Source of the DNA: an archaeon
GTDB lineage: Archaea > Nanobdellota > Nanobdellia > Pacearchaeales > GW2011-AR1
Assembly: GCA_037140195.1 (NCBI GenBank)
Contig: JBAXEZ010000002.1
Location: 1 to 43,875, forward strand
Reading direction: 5' to 3'
Length of the DNA stretch: 43,875 bases
Positions 41,107-43,875 of this stretch are shown in pieces. A program made the position numbers and the translations under genes. The stretch's first letter is position 1. Each line of letters begins with the position of its first letter. The notes under the pieces were generated by a model, which was not told the DNA's origin, did no database searches, and worked only from the letters and a program-made list of their open reading frames with translations.

Positions 41107-42495
41107 TTAGAGATTTATACTTTCATTTAGAGAAGGAATATAACTTTCATATTTTTCTTTAGTGAGTGTTTTAGATAATGCTTCTTGTTGTTCTAAATCC
41201 CCATGGATTATAAAAACTTTTTTTGGTTTTGGAGCAAAATATTTTATCCATTTTAAAAGTCCAACTCTATCTGCGTGTGCGGAAAAGCCCTCAATGGATT
41301 CTATTTTTGCTTTAACTTCAAGTTCTTTTCCTAGAAGGCGAATATTTTTTTCTCCTTTCTGAATCCAAGAACCTAGTGTTCCTTCACATTGAAAACCTAT
41401 AAATAATAACGTATTTTTTTCGTCCTCAATGTTATTTGCAATGTGATGTTTGATCCTTCCTGCAGAGCACATTCCATTTCCAGCAATTACAATGCAAGGC
41501 TGGGAAACTCCATTAATCTCTATTGATTCTGCTCTTGATTTTGTTAAAGTTAATTCTGGAAAACCAAAAACATCATTAGTTTCTTTAAATCTTTCTTGGA
41601 CATCTGCGTTGAAGTATCTCATGAATTTTCTAAAAACGTCTGTTGATCTTATTGCCATGGGGGAATCTAGGAAAACCGGTAGTTTAGGAATAGTTCCTTG
41701 TTCCATAAACAAGCCAATATTGTAAAGTAATTCTTGTGTTCTTTCAACTGCAAAGGAAGGTATAAACAGTTTTCCTCCGCGATTATATGTTTCTTTGATT
41801 ACTCTAATAAGTTCTCTTGTTCTTTTGTCTCTCGGGTCGTGCAATCTATCTCCGTACGTTGACTCCATAAAAACATAATCAGCTCTTTGTATTGGTGCAG
41901 TATTCTTGACTAAAATAGAATCTTCTTGTCCTAAATCTCCAGAGAACACAACTATTTTGGTTTTGCCTTTTTCAATTACGCTAAGTTGTATAGATGCAGA
42001 TCCAAGAATGTGTCCTGCGTCGTAATATTTTGCTTGAATATTCTTAGTTATTCTAACATTCTCTTCGTATTTTACTATGACAAAAAGTTTCATTGCATCG
42101 TTAACATCTACAAGAGTATAAACTGGTTTTCGGGGAGGGAGATTTTCTTTTGCTCTTTTTTTATTCTCTGTGATTGTATCTTCTTCTGCGATTTTTGCAG
42201 AGTCCATCATAATTACCTGTGCAAGTGCTTTTGTAGCGTCGGTGGAATAAATTTTTCCTCTAAATCCGTTTTTTACTAGCAAAGGAATTCGACCGCAATG
42301 ATCTAAATGTGCGTGAGTTAACAATAGTGCTTTGTATTTTCTTGGACTGAATCCAAATTTTTCATAATTTAATCTTTCTAAATCTTTACTACCTTGAAAC
42401 ATTCCACAGTCAATTAAAATTTGATCATCTTCTACTGAAAGACTATAGCATGAACCGGTAACCTCTTTTGCAGCACCTAAAACTTTTATTTCCAT
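41107..42495 (-). CDS. Beta-CASP metallo-beta-lactamase ribonuclease (aCPSF2-like, no KH domains)
   Basis: LLLTHAHLDHCGRIP (HxHxDH), DAGHILGS, ESTYGD, and the beta-CASP and RMMBL-like C-terminus (GFSAHAD, IHGD). Confidence 0.88.
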   Translation of the reverse strand: MEIKVLGAAKEVTGSCYSLSVEDDQILIDCGMFQGSKDLERLNYEKFGFSPRKYKALLLTHAHLDHCGRIPLLVKNGFRGKIYSTDATKALAQVIMMDSAKIAEEDTITENKKRAKENLPPRKPVYTLVDVNDAMKLFVIVKYEENVRITKNIQAKYYDAGHILGSASIQLSVIEKGKTKIVVFSGDLGQEDSILVKNTAPIQRADYVFMESTYGDRLHDPRDKRTRELIRVIKETYNRGGKLFIPSFAVERTQELLYNIGLFMEQGTIPKLPVFLDSPMAIRSTDVFRKFMRYFNADVQERFKETNDVFGFPELTLTKSRAESIEINGVSQPCIVIAGNGMCSAGRIKHHIANNIEDEKNTLLFIGFQCEGTLGSWIQKGEKNIRLLGKELEVKAKIESIEGFSAHADRVGLLKWIKYFAPKPKKVFIIHGDLEQQEALSKTLTKEKYESYIPSLNESINL

Positions 42496-42527
42496 CTAAA
42501 TAAATTAAGAATTCGTCCTTTTAATAA

Positions 42528-42896
42528 TTAACTACTTTCTAAACTTGAAGGTTTATCTGTTTCTCTTTCGTTTCCTACGGGGGTATGTGGTTTCCAAAGT
42601 TGATTATATCTATAACATTCTGGTTTTCCTCTAGTATCTATTTTATTTCTAGCACAGGGTCCGAAAAATTCTGTTAGAGCACAAGAACCATATGCTTGTT
42701 TATTTTCTCTATCTATCGTTGGATTTCGTAGATAAGGGCATAGTTCTAAATTTTTTTCTGCAAAATAAAGATGATCTTCCTGTGTTACCGGGGAAGACGT
42801 ATGTTCTTTTGGTGCCTTAGGTTTTTTTACTAGAATTTTTTTTGTGTCTATTACTATATGAAGTCCATCTTTTCCTTTTGCGGATATAATGCCCAT
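42528..42896 (-). CDS. Hypothetical protein with four spaced Cys (122 aa)
   Basis: Clean ORF. Upstream TATA AAACCCTTAAATAGC at 42917-42924 (minus). Confidence 0.5.
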   Translation of the reverse strand: MGIISAKGKDGLHIVIDTKKILVKKPKAPKEHTSSPVTQEDHLYFAEKNLELCPYLRNPTIDRENKQAYGSCALTEFFGPCARNKIDTRGKPECYRYNQLWKPHTPVGNERETDKPSSLESS

Positions 42897-42916
42897 ACTT
42901 TCAGTGGCAATTAGTG

Positions 42917-42924
42917 CTATTTAA
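42917..42924 (-). promoter_or_regulatory. TATA box (minus strand CCCTTAAATAGC) ~24 nt upstream of the ATG at 42896
   Basis: Identical core to 34403-34410. Confidence 0.4.
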
Positions 42925-43000
42925 GGGTTTGGATATATTGCCTTTCTGCCATTAAATCTATCACAATAATGCTTTTAAATGGAATATTATCTAAGAAGTT

Positions 43001-43252
43001 ATGGCATTAGAAAACTTAGACTTAAGTTGTGTAAAAGGATCGGAAGGAGTTGCTTTTATGACTGTTGATAGTTATACTCATGTTGAACCAGTTAAAATGG
43101 CTGAACCTCATTCAGTTTATGGCTATATTGGTGCTGCTTTGGCAGTGACTGTCGGGGCCGTGGCAATGATAAACAAGTTCTACAAGAGAGATAGGATTTT
43201 TGCAGAAAAAATTGCTTATCAACAAAGAAAGGAATCTCGGAAAAATAATTAG
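43001..43252 (+). CDS. Small single-TM protein (83 aa)
   Basis: Hydrophobic YGYIGAALAVTVGAVAMI followed by a basic tail. Confidence 0.45.
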   Translation: MALENLDLSCVKGSEGVAFMTVDSYTHVEPVKMAEPHSVYGYIGAALAVTVGAVAMINKFYKRDRIFAEKIAYQQRKESRKNN

Positions 43253-43299
43253 TAATCTAGCACAATAATCCTTTTAAAACAGGGTTGCCATATAGTTTT

Positions 43300-43644
43300 A
43301 TGAAAATAACAAATCTTCAAAAGAAAATTGTTCTGTCTACGTTTGGTTTTATACTTGGAAGTAGAGCAATTAGATATACTTATCTTAAATATATTCCAAA
43401 TATTTGGGGGAATGGGAATTACTTTGAGTGGACTTCTATGTTAAATATTTCTGTTTTTATTATGGGGATTATTGCATTTTTTGCTTCTATTATTGGGTTT
43501 ATGAGTATTGTTCGTGAAATATTGCAGGACAAAAGAAAAGAAGTAGTAAGTGAGAGATTTATCAGATTGTTTATTAACTCCTTCTGGACTTTAGTTGTTT
43601 CGATAGTTCTAGCGATGATAGTTAAAGTATTGATTTGGCCTTAA
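43300..43644 (+). CDS. Small multi-TM membrane protein
   Basis: Three hydrophobic segments. ATG 43300 is preferred over TTG 43285. Confidence 0.5.
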   Translation: MKITNLQKKIVLSTFGFILGSRAIRYTYLKYIPNIWGNGNYFEWTSMLNISVFIMGIIAFFASIIGFMSIVREILQDKRKEVVSERFIRLFINSFWTLVVSIVLAMIVKVLIWP

Positions 43645-43725
43645 TTATTTTCTTTTTATTAAAGTCTAAGTTTTACTTCAATTACAAATACAATTAATAG
43701 AAGTCATTTCTTTTTTAATCGAGAA

Positions 43726-43848
43726 TTACTTTCTTTTTGGCATTTCGCCAGATTCTTGCATCTCTTTTAATCTTTCTGCTTTCTCTCGTTTAAATCTTGC
43801 TAATGCTTCGTCATAACGAGGATCAACAAAATCATTTACTCTTACCAT
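43726..43848 (-). CDS. Possible 40-aa basic/acidic helical protein (below the ORF-track cutoff)
   Basis: My translation: MVRVNDFVDPRYDEALARFKREKAERLKEMQESGEMPKRK. An AT-rich TATA-like region upstream runs to the window edge. Confidence 0.3.
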   Translation of the reverse strand: MVRVNDFVDPRYDEALARFKREKAERLKEMQESGEMPKRK

Positions 43849-43875
43849 AAATAAATATGATATTTTCTCTTTAAA

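Noticed and set aside
1-43875. Looked for CRISPR arrays, rRNA genes, transposases/integrases, IS inverted repeats and HydE/F/G maturases.
   Set aside because: None was recognised by eye. The only regularly spaced repeats are those reported: tRNA fragments, GTCTACA boxes, MutS-like tails and paralogue junctions. A proper repeat finder or HMM scan could still find weak elements.

Overview
This is a 43.9 kb, AT-rich, very gene-dense window with about 50 supported CDS and 2 tRNA genes. I recognised no rRNA, CRISPR array, transposase or integrase. G+C is roughly one third by eye and was not computed.

The gene content points to an archaeon with a reduced genome, most likely DPANN-like. This is an inference, not a database result. 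It rests on:
- an archaeal/eukaryal-type ProRS and a deoxyhypusine synthase;
- ADP-forming acetyl-CoA synthetase alpha and beta;
- a two-subunit 2-oxoacid:ferredoxin oxidoreductase;
- a beta-CASP RNase;
- TATA boxes about 25 nt upstream of start codons, implying leaderless-type mRNAs;
- huge cysteine-rich surface proteins.

Layout:
- 0.1-10.2 kb: a co-directional five-gene surface module. A membrane-tethered thioredoxin-fold CxxC protein is followed by four Cys-rich secreted or anchored proteins, two of them with GLUG-motif domains.
- 10.2-10.55 kb: tRNA-Arg followed by two extra partial copies of its own 3' end.
- 10.6-18.4 kb: housekeeping genes, a 96-aa K+ channel, and a DisA-type diadenylate cyclase directly coupled to a DHH/DHHA1 phosphoesterase.
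- 18.5-28.9 kb: a fermentative block with ACD beta and alpha, OFOR gamma-alpha and beta, ferredoxin and a 284-aa [FeFe]-hydrogenase H-domain-only protein. The two OFOR genes are split by three GNATs and a PNPOx-like gene.
- 30.7-30.9 kb: tRNA-Ser preceded by a tRNA-like fragment.
- 31-37 kb: repair and GTPase genes and a MutS-like ATPase.
- 36.7-37.9 kb: a Fic gene bracketed by two diverged copies of the MutS-like gene's 3' end and by GTCTACA-repeat boxes.
- 38.3-41.1 kb: an RGG / CxxC-x17-CxxC / acidic-tail protein, then three tandem paralogous genes of about 250 aa that I cannot assign to any family.
- 41.1-43.9 kb: a beta-CASP RNase and small membrane or unknown proteins.

Best leads for something undescribed:
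- the triplicated unknown-family array (38846-41106);
- the integrase-less Fic cassette;
- the minimal HydA-like protein;
- the thioredoxin plus Cys-rich adhesin module.

All homology calls come from motif recognition by eye. No searches were run.
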